Shown piece by piece: positions 17,620 through 27,696 of a DNA stretch of 64,000 bases. The number at the start of each line of letters is the position of its first letter. The first letter of the stretch is position 1. Below the pieces are notes generated by a model, which was given only the letters and a program-made list of their open reading frames with translations, was not told the DNA's origin and made no database searches. The position numbers and the translations under genes are program-made. Origin of the DNA: Candidatus Latescibacterota bacterium (GTDB lineage: Bacteria; Latescibacterota; UBA2968); the NCBI GenBank assembly GCA_965116885.1, contig OZ220741.1, positions 320,001 to 384,000 of the forward strand, read 5' to 3'.

Positions 17620-18153
17620 TCAATATGTATCGCCAGGATTGCTTTTCATATCACGCGTCTCCACCACCTCGGCTTTACTGATGCGAAAAAAGAGTTCGGA
17701 AGGATCTTTTTGCAACAGTTCCAGGCGACCTGTAATAGTAACGGGATAATAAGTAAAATCAATCGGCTTACTCGGACGAATATCCACCAAAGACTCAGGC
17801 CCACCCCCGCCTGCACAAAACGAACATCCCCCAAGTGAATACGGAGTCAAAACAAAACGCGTCTGTTTTTTTTGAGCCGATAGCGGAATCATAAACCCGA
17901 CAAGCTCGACGTACTTGCCATTCATTTTATTTAACGTATCGGAAAAAATGGGCACAAAGTTCGGCGCATAGGGATCATAACTCACCGTCGCAAGGGTTTC
18001 CCAAAGCGAACCCTTCATCATCTGGGGCAGTGGAGACGCCTGAAGCTCTGGGCGATGGTCTGTTGACGAGGGCGGCGTCTCACTGTCAGTATCTATTCTC
18101 AAAACCACAGCAAATAACAAAATAAACATTACCGTGCGTTGTATATACATCAC
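17620..18153 (-). CDS. DUF3299 domain protein (ZrgD-like)
   Basis: LNKMNGKYVELVGFMIPL..FVL..GCSFC..GPES..V..GRLEL. Confidence 0.75.
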   Translation of the reverse strand: MMYIQRTVMFILLFAVVLRIDTDSETPPSSTDHRPELQASPLPQMMKGSLWETLATVSYDPYAPNFVPIFSDTLNKMNGKYVELVGFMIPLSAQKKQTRFVLTPYSLGGCSFCAGGGGPESLVDIRPSKPIDFTYYPVTITGRLELLQKDPSELFFRISKAEVVETRDMKSNPGDTY

Positions 18154-19418
18154 GACACCTCCACCAGTGTTTGTGCAACATCTGTCCGATAGACCTGAAG
18201 CGCGGGTATAAGAGCCGATACACTACCCAACACAAGTGCCAGACCAATGAGCCAGAATTCATCGGATAAAATAATCCATCCCGTCAAATTTATATGCTGT
18301 GCCTCGCGCACCCACGCGCCAATCACCTCAGTGCTGGCATGCCCAAGCACAAATCCCAATCCCGTACCCATAAATGTAAGCAAAATCCCCTCCAAAAGCA
18401 CCTGAACAAAAAGTTTACCGCGACTTGCCCCCAGAGCGCGCATCATAGCCAGATCGTATCGCCGATCTTTCATCGCATTATAAAGCGCCACAAAAATGCT
18501 CAACGCCGCTGCAAACACCAGAACCCCACCAAAAACCCGCACCACCTCCAACCCAACACCGAGCAATGCAAAAAGGCGCGTTGTCTCAAATGCGGGGGAC
18601 GCAGCCTGAAATTTGGTCTCTTTGTTCACATACCGCGGAAATGACACGGCTGCAATAGGTGAACGATAGCGAATCAACAGACCCGTAACTTCGCGCTCGG
18701 CATCGGCTTCACTGTCCATCGGCAAACCGAGAACATCGCGCGTGCGATCCTCATCGACCTGGCTCTCTATATGGTGGTCCTCCCCCTCTTCTTCATGCGG
18801 TTCGTGAACCAGCCAGACTGTTTCCACAGCAGTCAGTAACAGACGGTCGATAATCGAACCCGTTGGTTGCAACACACCCACCACGCGAAACGGTTGCGAC
18901 TCGTGTTGTTCAGAAGCTGTTTCTGCGGTCAACCCATGCGAACTAATAACCTCATCACCCAGCACAAGACCTGTCTCTCTGGCAACCTGTGCGCCTACAA
19001 CCACCTGGTATGGGGCATCCCAAAAGGTACCATCAACCAATTCCGCCCGGTAGTGTTTGGCGTATTCGGAGGTCGTACCCACAATGCGATAACCCCGATA
19101 ATTATCCCCCAATGCCAGAGGGATCGCCTGTGCAACCGCTCTGTTTTTTGCCAGTTTACGCGCCTCTAAAAGCGGTATATTACCCGTTGGCACGTCAACG
19201 TGAAAAACGCTGGATAAAATCAATTGCAGGGGACTGCCCTTAGCACCCACAACAACATCAATATTTTCAACATTGCGGTACAAATTCTCTTCAAATTGCT
19301 CGCCAAAAAGCAACAAAACAACGACAATACCCGTTCCAAGCCCCAACAATATCATATTGAGCAATGTATTCAACTTGCGCCGATAAATATAGGCCAGACT
19401 AATTTTGAAGAGATTCAT
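18150..19418 (-). CDS. FtsX/MacB-type ABC permease (zinc-associated ZrgC-like)
   Basis: DVVVGAKGSPLQLILSSVFH..PTGNI, AIPLALGDNYRGYRIVGT, RRYDLAMMRALGASR, His-rich loop. Confidence 0.9.
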   Translation of the reverse strand: MNLFKISLAYIYRRKLNTLLNMILLGLGTGIVVVLLLFGEQFEENLYRNVENIDVVVGAKGSPLQLILSSVFHVDVPTGNIPLLEARKLAKNRAVAQAIPLALGDNYRGYRIVGTTSEYAKHYRAELVDGTFWDAPYQVVVGAQVARETGLVLGDEVISSHGLTAETASEQHESQPFRVVGVLQPTGSIIDRLLLTAVETVWLVHEPHEEEGEDHHIESQVDEDRTRDVLGLPMDSEADAEREVTGLLIRYRSPIAAVSFPRYVNKETKFQAASPAFETTRLFALLGVGLEVVRVFGGVLVFAAALSIFVALYNAMKDRRYDLAMMRALGASRGKLFVQVLLEGILLTFMGTGLGFVLGHASTEVIGAWVREAQHINLTGWIILSDEFWLIGLALVLGSVSALIPALQVYRTDVAQTLVEVS

Positions 19419-20068
19419 GCGGGCAATTCCACCTGTTCATCGAGCGCAATACAATGGTTAAAACTGTCGGTAATGCGATGATCATGTGAAGCCACCACCA
19501 GAGTTGCCTCAACCTCTCGCGCAGATGACGTAAGCAAATCCAACACCTGCTTGCTGCGCGTATCATCCAATCCAGATGTCGGTTCATCGGCCAACAGCAA
19601 TTGGGGACGATTAACAACAGCCCGGGCGATTGCCACGCGCTGTTGTTGACCAAAACTCAGTTCCGATGGATAAGCGTGTTCGCGGCCTGCCAGACCGAGA
19701 GTCGCAAGCACCTGTTCGGCACGCGCCCTATCCTGCTGTACACCGGCCATATAATGCGCCATGAGCAAATTTTCCAGCACCGTAAAAACCGGGAACAGGT
19801 GAAATTGTTGAAAAACAATGCCAATATGTTGCCCGCGAAATCGGTCGCGAGCGGTCTCTGTCAGTGCGTAAATATCCTGTTTGGCAATATGCACACTGCC
19901 CTGTGAGGGCTTTAACAAACCAGCTATAATATGCAAAAGCGTCGTCTTCCCGCTTCCAGATGGCCCGTGCAACAGCCATTTTTCATCGGGCTGAGCCTCA
20001 ATATATTCTGGCAAGTCCAATACAAGACGACTGCCATAAACATGCCCAACGTGTTTAAGTACAAACAT
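19415..20068 (-). CDS. ABC transporter ATP-binding protein
   Basis: GPSGSGKTT, LSFGQQQRVAIARA, LLADEPT. Confidence 0.93.
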   Translation of the reverse strand: MFVLKHVGHVYGSRLVLDLPEYIEAQPDEKWLLHGPSGSGKTTLLHIIAGLLKPSQGSVHIAKQDIYALTETARDRFRGQHIGIVFQQFHLFPVFTVLENLLMAHYMAGVQQDRARAEQVLATLGLAGREHAYPSELSFGQQQRVAIARAVVNRPQLLLADEPTSGLDDTRSKQVLDLLTSSAREVEATLVVASHDHRITDSFNHCIALDEQVELPA

Positions 20069-20142
20069 GAGATAGTACTCAAAAAATGCGATATGTGACT
20101 TCAAAATGTGCCGTCAAAATCGAACGGATGAGGCAATTTCGG

Positions 20143-21363
20143 TCATGCTGACGCCTCGGCCATGCGAAGCTCCGGAAACGGATTCCGGAACCCTGCCCAG
20201 GTCTTGCTGTTAGCGGAGGCGAGGCGCTCGTCGAGCAGACACGCGTCGAGGCGGGCGCGCATCGACGCCTCGTGCATCTGCTGGCCGATGAAGACGAGCT
20301 GTTGCGCGCGATCGCCGAAGCGAGGATGCCAGTCCGGCTGCTGGTCAGGTCCCTGACCCTCGGGATGCCCCCAGTGTTCGCGAGGCACGGCCGCCCACCA
20401 CATCCCAACGGGATTCACGTTGATGACGCCGCCGGCTTGAGACCACTCGTAGAGGATCCGATGGTCAGCGGCGACCCAGAAGAAGCCCTTCGAGCGGAGC
20501 ACGCCGCTCCAGTTCTCGGCGTCGTGCAGAAGCGCCCACAGCTTCTCGGCGTCGAAGGGCTGCGATGTCCGATAGGTAAAGCTCGAAATCCCGTACTCCT
20601 CGGTCTCCGGCGTGTGCTCACCCTGAAGCTCTCGAATCCAGCCGGCGGAGTGCGCCGCCTTCTCGTAGTCGAACAGGCCCGTGTCGAGCACGCATTCGAG
20701 CGGGACCTGTCCGCGCGTCGCCATGAGGACCTTCGCGCCGGGGTTGAACGCTTTCACGATGGCCTCGACCTCGAGAGCCTGATCGTTGTCCACGAGATCG
20801 AGCTTGTTCAGCACGATGACGTCGGCAAACTCGATCTGGTCAATGAGCAGGTCGGTCACCGTCCGGTGATCTTCTTCGCCCAGCGACTCACCGCGGTCCT
20901 GGAGTGCCTCGGCGGCGTTGTAGTCCCGCAGGAAGCTCGCCGCGTCCACGACTGTGACCATCGTGTCGAGGCGCGAAACCTGCCCCAGGCTCACACCGTT
21001 CTCGTCCTCGAAGGTGAAGGTCTGCGCGACGGGAATGGGCTCCGAGATCCCCGTGGACTCGATGAGCAGGTAGTCGAAGCGGCCCTCCTGCGCGAGCCGT
21101 GAGACCTCGGCGAGCAGGTCGTCTCGCAGCGTGCAACAGATGCAGCCGTTCGACATCTCGACCAGCTTCTCCTCGGTCCGCGAGAGCTCCGCACCGCCGC
21201 GCTCAACGAGCGTCGCGTCGATGTTGACCTCGCTCATATCGTTGACGATGACCGCGACGCGCATGCCCTCGCGGTTGTTGAGCACGTTGTTGAGAAGAGT
21301 GGTCTTGCCTGCGCCGAGAAAGCCGGACAGGACAGTAACGGGAAGTCTCTCTGATACGGGCAC
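20143..21363 (-). CDS. COG0523 G3E metallochaperone GTPase (YciC/ZigA-like)
   Basis: [69 protein letters not shown] start after GAGG. Confidence 0.93.
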   Translation of the reverse strand: MPVSERLPVTVLSGFLGAGKTTLLNNVLNNREGMRVAVIVNDMSEVNIDATLVERGGAELSRTEEKLVEMSNGCICCTLRDDLLAEVSRLAQEGRFDYLLIESTGISEPIPVAQTFTFEDENGVSLGQVSRLDTMVTVVDAASFLRDYNAAEALQDRGESLGEEDHRTVTDLLIDQIEFADVIVLNKLDLVDNDQALEVEAIVKAFNPGAKVLMATRGQVPLECVLDTGLFDYEKAAHSAGWIRELQGEHTPETEEYGISSFTYRTSQPFDAEKLWALLHDAENWSGVLRSKGFFWVAADHRILYEWSQAGGVINVNPVGMWWAAVPREHWGHPEGQGPDQQPDWHPRFGDRAQQLVFIGQQMHEASMRARLDACLLDERLASANSKTWAGFRNPFPELRMAEASA

Positions 21364-21443
21364 TTTAGTTTCCTCATTCAAAGGGTAATGACATACAACA
21401 GCGAATCGTTCAAACCGGTGGCGATTCAGTTTGCGGTCGTGCT

Positions 21444-22490
21444 TCACCTGTTGCCCACTCGCCAAACCGTCGCGCCACCCTGAGCGTCGAGCGCAGCAAG
21501 CGCGCGTCCATCTGGTCGCCAGTACAAGGCGCTGACAACATCTGCCACAAGCGCAATTCCTATCGGATCGCCTTGTCCATCGCGCCTGAGTGACCACACA
21601 ACTACGCCGCCATCCCGAGCCCCCGAGGCCAAACGCATCCCGCGGCGAGCGAAGGCGAGCGTTGTAACAGTTTGAACATGAAGTTCTAGAACGCCGGGCC
21701 GCGTGCCTTCGGGACCACTTCCCTGGAAGCTCCAGACCGTCACCGCCTCGCCTCCGCCGGTGGCCAAAAGGGTGCCAGTGTCATCAAAGGCCAAGGCCGA
21801 CGGCTTGGCAGGATATCCTGACATCATCGAGTCCTGCTCCGTGGAGCGACGCCAGAAATGCACCGAGTTGTCCTGGCTGCCGCAGGCCACGATATCCCCG
21901 TCCGGACTCAGTACCATCGACACCAAGGAGCCCATCCACTCCAGCTTCTGGCGAAGCTCCCCAGTAGATGCGTCGAAGAACGTCACCCGACCGTAACAGG
22001 CAGTCGCCAGCTCCCTTGCACTGGACCAGGCGATCGCGCTAACGGTGCTGGGGTGATCATCAGATCGCCAGACTTCTCCGCCGTCCGCACCATACGCGCG
22101 AACCTGCCGGGAGCAGGAGGCCGCCAGCCATTGGCCGTCCGGCGACCACGCCACGTTCTCCACCCAATCGCTGCCGACGTCGATAGCCTGTTTTACTTGA
22201 CCTTCGGCGACATCCCAGATAAGGACTCGTCCGTCCTGGCCAGCCGTAGCGAACGCGGTTCCGCTTGGGTGGATCGCCATCGCGAGTACGCCGCCATCAT
22301 GAGCCCCCTGCCGGGCCCAGGCGCTTGCACCGGACTTGCCGTCAAACGCGTAGATGCCACCCGCGGCGTCACTGACCACCAGCACCTCACCGCGGAGGGC
22401 CCAGCCCCCGGCGATGGCGTAGTCGCCGACCGCCGCAGACCAGCCCCGGCGAAGAACACCCTTTGAGCTGACGACATTCAAATCAGACAT
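21444..22490 (-). CDS. WD40-repeat protein
   Basis: Repeated [30 protein letters not shown] blades. Confidence 0.9.
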   Translation of the reverse strand: MSDLNVVSSKGVLRRGWSAAVGDYAIAGGWALRGEVLVVSDAAGGIYAFDGKSGASAWARQGAHDGGVLAMAIHPSGTAFATAGQDGRVLIWDVAEGQVKQAIDVGSDWVENVAWSPDGQWLAASCSRQVRAYGADGGEVWRSDDHPSTVSAIAWSSARELATACYGRVTFFDASTGELRQKLEWMGSLVSMVLSPDGDIVACGSQDNSVHFWRRSTEQDSMMSGYPAKPSALAFDDTGTLLATGGGEAVTVWSFQGSGPEGTRPGVLELHVQTVTTLAFARRGMRLASGARDGGVVVWSLRRDGQGDPIGIALVADVVSALYWRPDGRALAALDAQGGATVWRVGNR

Positions 22491-23824
22491 GCCTCGAATC
22501 CCTGCCGCATGCTCTGCTCATCGAGGTTGCGGCCGATGAAGACGAGTTGATTGCGCCGGGGCGAGTCTCCCCATGGACGCTCCGGCTGGCCGTCAAAGAG
22601 CATGTGAACCCCCTGGAAGACGAAACGAGACGACTCACCCGCGAGGCTGATGAAGCCCTTCATTCGGAAGATGTCCACCCCGCGCTCACGGAGCAGTTCG
22701 CCAAGCCAGACGTCGAGCCTTTCGGGATCTACGTCGCCGTCCCTCTCGATTGCGATCGAGCCCACCTCGTCGTCGTGCTCGTGCTGTGCGACCCAGGTGC
22801 GCTCGACCTCTTGCTTGATTGTCGCTCCTTCCGCGTTCGTTAGTTGGAGATCGAACTCCTCCGCGGTGTGCTGGGCGTAGAGGCCAACCCGCACCTGCGT
22901 ATCGACCTCCAGGAAGAACGACTTGCGCCCTGAGGAATCGAGCTGGAGGTTCACATGCTTTCCGACAGAAATCTCTTCCCCCGGGCGAATGAACTCCGCA
23001 GGTTCGGCGTACCGCCGCACACTCCACTCCGCACCCTCACGGAGGGCAACGTCATCCGTGCCCTGGTCGGACACGACAACGAGCGACATCGTCGGATCAG
23101 GTCCATCGGCAAGGCTGAGTTCGTAGCGGCCGATATCGAGTGAATAGACGCCAGTCCATTCGAACGGATACTCCGGCTCGAGGAAGGCGGGACGACGTTC
23201 GAGCACCTGGTCCAGGTCGAAGGCACCGAGGTTGAGTACCGTGTCCAGGGAGACGTTCGCCTGCTCGCTACGCACGACTTGCGCCATTCGGTTCATGTCC
23301 TGGATCCGAGCCTCGATCCTGTCGAGCACCTCGCCATCGACGAGGTCCGTCTTGTTAAGAACAAGGACGTCTGCGAACGCGATCTGTTCCGTGCTCTCGT
23401 CGCTTCGTCCGAGTTGCTGCTCGATGTGGGCTGCGTCAACGAGCGTGACGATCCCGTCAAGCGCGAACTCCGCGCGAATCTCGTCGTCCATGAAAAAGGT
23501 TTGAGCGACCGGACCGGGATCGGCGAGCCCCGTGGTCTCCACCAACACATAGTCGAACTTGTCTCGGCGCTTCATGAGGTTGCCGAGCACGCGAATCAGG
23601 TCTCCGCGCACCGTGCAGCAGATGCAGCCGTTCGACATTTCGAAGATCTCCTCGTCAGCATTGATGACGAGCGCATGATCGATGCCGACCTCCCCGTATT
23701 CGTTCTCGATCACGGCAATGCGCTTGCCGTGCTCCTCACTCAAGATCCGGTTGAGCAGGGTCGTCTTGCCAGAGCCGAGGAAGCCGGTGAGGATGGAAAC
23801 AGGTATTTTTCGCGGTGTGTTCAT
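22478..23824 (-). CDS. COG0523/CobW-family GTPase with central insertion
   Basis: LTGFLGSGKTT, ENEYGEVGID, NGCICCTVRGD, ETTGLADP, FRMKG, VFQGVH, LVFIGRNL. Confidence 0.93.
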   Translation of the reverse strand: MNTPRKIPVSILTGFLGSGKTTLLNRILSEEHGKRIAVIENEYGEVGIDHALVINADEEIFEMSNGCICCTVRGDLIRVLGNLMKRRDKFDYVLVETTGLADPGPVAQTFFMDDEIRAEFALDGIVTLVDAAHIEQQLGRSDESTEQIAFADVLVLNKTDLVDGEVLDRIEARIQDMNRMAQVVRSEQANVSLDTVLNLGAFDLDQVLERRPAFLEPEYPFEWTGVYSLDIGRYELSLADGPDPTMSLVVVSDQGTDDVALREGAEWSVRRYAEPAEFIRPGEEISVGKHVNLQLDSSGRKSFFLEVDTQVRVGLYAQHTAEEFDLQLTNAEGATIKQEVERTWVAQHEHDDEVGSIAIERDGDVDPERLDVWLGELLRERGVDIFRMKGFISLAGESSRFVFQGVHMLFDGQPERPWGDSPRRNQLVFIGRNLDEQSMRQGFEACLI

Positions 23825-23883
23825 CTATTTCTCCTGGAGCAGAGGGTGGTGATGTGCCGATCAACATACGTTCTATTTTTCCT

Positions 23884-25218
23884 TCAGACGGCGAGACCAG
23901 CCCGGATGAGCCACGGTTTCGACAGCCCTTCTGCCGTAGGCCCATCGAAGAGCAGCCGCCGGTCTCGCAGTAAGACGACGCGCGTTGCCTGGGATGGCAG
24001 TGAATGAAGGCAGTGGGTTGCCCAGACGCACGTTGCGCTCGTCCGACGAACAGACTCTACAACGAGCGTGCGAAGCTCATGGGCCGCGACGGGATCGAGA
24101 CCGGCCGTGGGCTCGTCGAGGAGCAGCAACGCGGGCTCGAGCACCAAGAGACCGGCGAGCGCAACCCGGCGTTGCTCCCCGAAACTGAGCTGATGACACG
24201 GACGCTCCAGCAGATGGTCTATACGCAGGGCCATCGCCACCTCGCGGGATCGACATCGCGCCTCGCCTGCCTCAACGCCACGACGAAGCAGGCCCCATGC
24301 AATGTCCTCGGCGACGGTGCTTGCGATGAAGTGGTGTTCTGGGTTCTGGTCGAGAAGCGCCACGCGTCCGTGGAGCCGGGCGCAGAGCGTCGCATCGGGC
24401 GACACGTGGTTTCCGAGGCGAGTCATGGTCCCTTGCGCGGGTCCGTCGAGCCCTGCGAGCAGACGCAGTAAGCTCGATTTCCCAGCTCCACTTGGCCCAC
24501 ACACGAGCAGCCACTCCGCTCTTGCCAAGCGAAGTTCGAGCTGCTCAAGTACCAACTGCCCACTGCGTTCGACGTCGATGGCATCGAGGTGGACGCCGTC
24601 ATAAGCCCGAACGTCTTCGCAGGAGGCACCACGTAGCAGTGCGTTCTCCTCAGCACGTTCGAGGCGCGCGAAGGCATGCAAGGCACCTTCGCCGAGCAGC
24701 GGTCCCCAAGCGGCCAGAGGCAAACGCGGGGACCCCAGGCGTAGGCGGGCCGCGTCACGCCGCTGGACCCACTCACGCTGGGTGAGAACACCGTGCAGGA
24801 GCGCGTGGTCAAGGCTGGCCACGACGCCCTCAGGAATCCGAAGCCAAAGCAGGAGTTGTCGCAGCGACGCCCAGTCAACCTGGGTGCCAAGCCAGAGGAT
24901 CCAGATAGCACCACACAAGACCCTGGCACTCGTTTGGACGATGACGTCCGCGTTGAAATCCAAGGCGACCCCACCAAGCAGTGCGAGCGCCACGAGGGCC
25001 AACATCCACGCGAGGGCAGGCTTGATCCTTCGGCGTCCACGGGCATGTGCAAACAGCAGAAGCACCGCGCCGATCCCTGAGCCGATCAGGGACAAGGTGG
25101 TACTGCGTGCGCCTGCGTTGACGATCAGTACGCTGCTGGTCAGCGCGATACCCAATGCCGCAACCCATAGCGGTTGGCGGCGCTCGAAGAACAGAGAGTG
25201 CTCAGCGTGAAGGTGTAT
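23884..25218 (-). CDS. ECF T-component (CbiQ-like) fused to ATPase (CbiO-like); likely start codon is ATA
   Basis: N-terminal TM helices with AARLR..ALLRG motifs, then GPSGAGKS, QNPEHHF..TVAEDIAWG, LSFGEQRR, LLLDEPTAGLD. GGAGGAG lies 6 nt before ATA at 25218. Confidence 0.75.
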   Translation of the reverse strand: MHLHAEHSLFFERRQPLWVAALGIALTSSVLIVNAGARSTTLSLIGSGIGAVLLLFAHARGRRRIKPALAWMLALVALALLGGVALDFNADVIVQTSARVLCGAIWILWLGTQVDWASLRQLLLWLRIPEGVVASLDHALLHGVLTQREWVQRRDAARLRLGSPRLPLAAWGPLLGEGALHAFARLERAEENALLRGASCEDVRAYDGVHLDAIDVERSGQLVLEQLELRLARAEWLLVCGPSGAGKSSLLRLLAGLDGPAQGTMTRLGNHVSPDATLCARLHGRVALLDQNPEHHFIASTVAEDIAWGLLRRGVEAGEARCRSREVAMALRIDHLLERPCHQLSFGEQRRVALAGLLVLEPALLLLDEPTAGLDPVAAHELRTLVVESVRRTSATCVWATHCLHSLPSQATRVVLLRDRRLLFDGPTAEGLSKPWLIRAGLAV

Positions 25219-26289
25219 CGCGCCCTCCTCCGAGCACTCGTTCCCAGCAGCGCCCTGCGATAAATCCCAGTCCAAAGAGTATGAGGATCGACATCGCGAG
25301 CCCGATCTCCCCCTGGCTCAGATCGAAGATGCTTCCTGTAGGCGGTCGCCCCGCCTCCTCCGCGGTCGCACCGAATACGGTTCCGTCAATGCCTTCATAG
25401 CCGCATCCCAACAGGCCGATCACGAGCAACAGAAGCATGATGGACGCAAGGGGCGCGGACACGGTGCGAAGCTTCCTCAGTGCATCTCGGCAAAAAAAAT
25501 TGTGCATATAAATCCTATATCATTACGGCATGGTTTAAGCCGCCTGTCTGCCAACAGGCAGGCAATCCAGAAGGTTTTAAACCGTCAGTGTGCAAGAGTG
25601 ACGGCAATCTATATGCTGAAAGACTTACGCCACGATGCACTCAGCGAGTTCGGCAGGAGGTCTGGCCGGCGTGTGACCAACAGCCGTACAATGCCGACGG
25701 AGGCGACGGCTTCAAGAACCGCCAAGGGGATCTGGACAGGGGCAAACCCGAGCAGCACCGCGCCGAAGGTCGTCGCAGGCGCCGTCACATCGGACAACGC
25801 CACGGCGAGCACCGCGGCGTCCGCCACGTATACGCTCAGGCCGCCGACGCCACCTGCGAGAGCGAGGCGAAAAGCCCCGTCTATACCGAGCCGCCGGAGC
25901 AAAGCCCAAAGCCCAACGGTCGTCAGAGGCCCCAACAGTCCGAGCGTCAGGGTGTTGACCCCCAGCGTCGTGAGCCCGCCGTGAGCGAAGAAGATCGCCT
26001 GCAGCAAGAGCACGAAGAACGTGGGCCACACGATGCGGCGGACGCCGACAACCAGGGCGAGCACCGGCGTAAGGCAGATATGACTGGTTGCGCCCACGAC
26101 GGGGACCGGTAGCGGCAGCAGAGTGCCGGCAAAGAGCAGGCTCGTGGCACCCGCCATGATGACCGAGGACGACGGTGTGTTGCGTCGCGTTCGTTGCTCT
26201 TCACGAAGGCTCCAAAAGACAGTGGGTGCGGCCAGGGCACTCCACGCGATAGCTTGGCTGAGCGGAAGCACACCTTCTGCCAGATGCAT
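25202..26289 (-). pseudogene. cbiM: CbiM-CbiN-like fused ECF Co/Ni S component interrupted by a MITE
   Basis: MHLAEGVL, GATSH, QAIFFAHGGLTTLGVN. Deleting the 164-bp insertion joins ..PNSL to RKLRTV..GYEGIDGTVF..EAGRPP..GEI in frame (307 aa). Confidence 0.8.
25480..25640. mobile_element. 161-bp MITE-like element
   Basis: Terminal inverted repeats GTGCATCTCGGC / GCCACGATGCAC, flanking TCA direct repeat (alternatively CTCAG), AT-richer than the flanks, no ORF. Confidence 0.85.
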
Positions 26290-26705
26290 CAGCCCCCTCC
26301 TTGATGTTGATGTGATGCCGCATTGCCACACGCATCACAGGTTCCGAGCAACACCACCTCATGTCCCGTCATCTGAAACCCGTCTGGAACAAGGGAATCG
26401 AGGCCCTCGACGCAACCGAAGAGGTCGAACGCGTGGTCGCAGGTCGAGCAAAGAAAGTGATGGTGATGATCGCGGTCCTTGGGCTCGTACCGAACGCCGC
26501 GGCCCAACACCTCGACCGACTCCAGCGTGCCTTCCTCAACACCCCGTTGGAGCGCGCGATATACCGTGGCGAGACCGATACTCTCTCCGCTTCCGCTCAG
26601 GCGGCTCCACAATTCCCTGGCGGATAGGGGGCCATCCGCTTCGCCAAGGGCTCGCAAGACGGTCAGCTGCTGTTTCGCTCTCTGCTGTTGATTCGCTCTT
26701 TGCAT
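26289..26705 (-). CDS. Fur-family regulator (Zur-like)
   Basis: IGLATVYRAL, HHHHFLCSTC, HEVVLLGTCDAC. Stop overlaps cbiM ATG (TGATG). Confidence 0.93.
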   Translation of the reverse strand: MQRANQQQRAKQQLTVLRALGEADGPLSARELWSRLSGSGESIGLATVYRALQRGVEEGTLESVEVLGRGVRYEPKDRDHHHHFLCSTCDHAFDLFGCVEGLDSLVPDGFQMTGHEVVLLGTCDACGNAASHQHQGGG

Positions 26706-26711
26706 GAAGAA

Positions 26712-26740
26712 ATGATAATCAATTCTCACATTATTGTCAA
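26712..26740 (-). promoter_or_regulatory. fur operon promoter with overlapping Fur-like inverted repeat, leaderless
   Basis: TTGACA (26740-26735), 17 bp, TATCAT (26717-26712), ATG 6 nt later. TGAGAAT-TG-ATTATCA at 26713-26728. Confidence 0.75.
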
Positions 26741-26911
26741 GATTTAATGGATAAAACCGTACACAACGGGTGCATCAACGACCGAAATGACGGCAGATGG
26801 TTGAGAAAACAGATCAAACGTCAATCAATTTTCATATCAGGGAACCCAACCGCCGTTCACGATGTTTAATATCATAAACCGTTACTGCGCCGTATAAAAA
26901 GGAGTAATCCA

Positions 26912-27691
26912 ATGCACACCAGATGGTTTTTCCTCTTCGCTCTGTTCCTTACTGCCTGTATAGGTCCGTTGGACCCGAACAATTCTGAATACATTGAGAT
27001 CCGGGAAGTAACTGTCGGCCCTGCTCTGGCCAGATGCTACGGCGTGGGCGAACAGACCTGCATGATCGTTGACGGCTCATTGTTCTACGACGGCATTGAA
27101 GGCTTCAACTTTGAAGCGGGCTACAACTATCGCCTGCGGATTGGCAAATACGATCCCTATAATGGAGAAGAACCCCCGCAGGATGCCAGCCAATACAGTT
27201 ATCGCCTGCTGGAACAAATAGAAAAAACCCCTGCACCATCCACCCCCGCAACCATATCTGTGGGACCAACGCGAATAAAATGCGCGCAAAACGACGACTT
27301 CTGCCTGCTGATCAACGGTACGCCATACGACGACATCATCACCAACTTTGAGTACGAAGCCGGGTATCACTATACCCTCAATGCAAACCAGTACAGCGAT
27401 GGGCGATACATACTGACTGAAATAGTCTCAAAAACCGAAGTGACGGGCACAGAAGAGGAAATAACCGTAGGACCACACAGAACCCCATGCGGCGCCGTGT
27501 ACTGCAACGTCGTCAACGGCGAAGCCTTCCTCAGTGAAATCGTAAACTTCCAGCCCCGGCACAACTACAGCTACCGCCTGCGAGTCGAACGATTCGACAT
27601 GTTTTCCAATAACACAACCCCGTCTTCATCCAACATCCCGACCTACGGCTATCGCTGGTTGGAAACACTCGATCAGAGCACCAACAATTGA
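26912..27691 (+). CDS. Lipoprotein with three DUF4377-like repeats
   Basis: Lipobox LTAC, three TVGP..C..C units followed by I.[GN]F.[FYP]..[GN]Y.Y.L, PPQDASQYSYRL. Confidence 0.8.
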   Translation: MHTRWFFLFALFLTACIGPLDPNNSEYIEIREVTVGPALARCYGVGEQTCMIVDGSLFYDGIEGFNFEAGYNYRLRIGKYDPYNGEEPPQDASQYSYRLLEQIEKTPAPSTPATISVGPTRIKCAQNDDFCLLINGTPYDDIITNFEYEAGYHYTLNANQYSDGRYILTEIVSKTEVTGTEEEITVGPHRTPCGAVYCNVVNGEAFLSEIVNFQPRHNYSYRLRVERFDMFSNNTTPSSSNIPTYGYRWLETLDQSTNN

Positions 27692-27696
27692 AGCCC

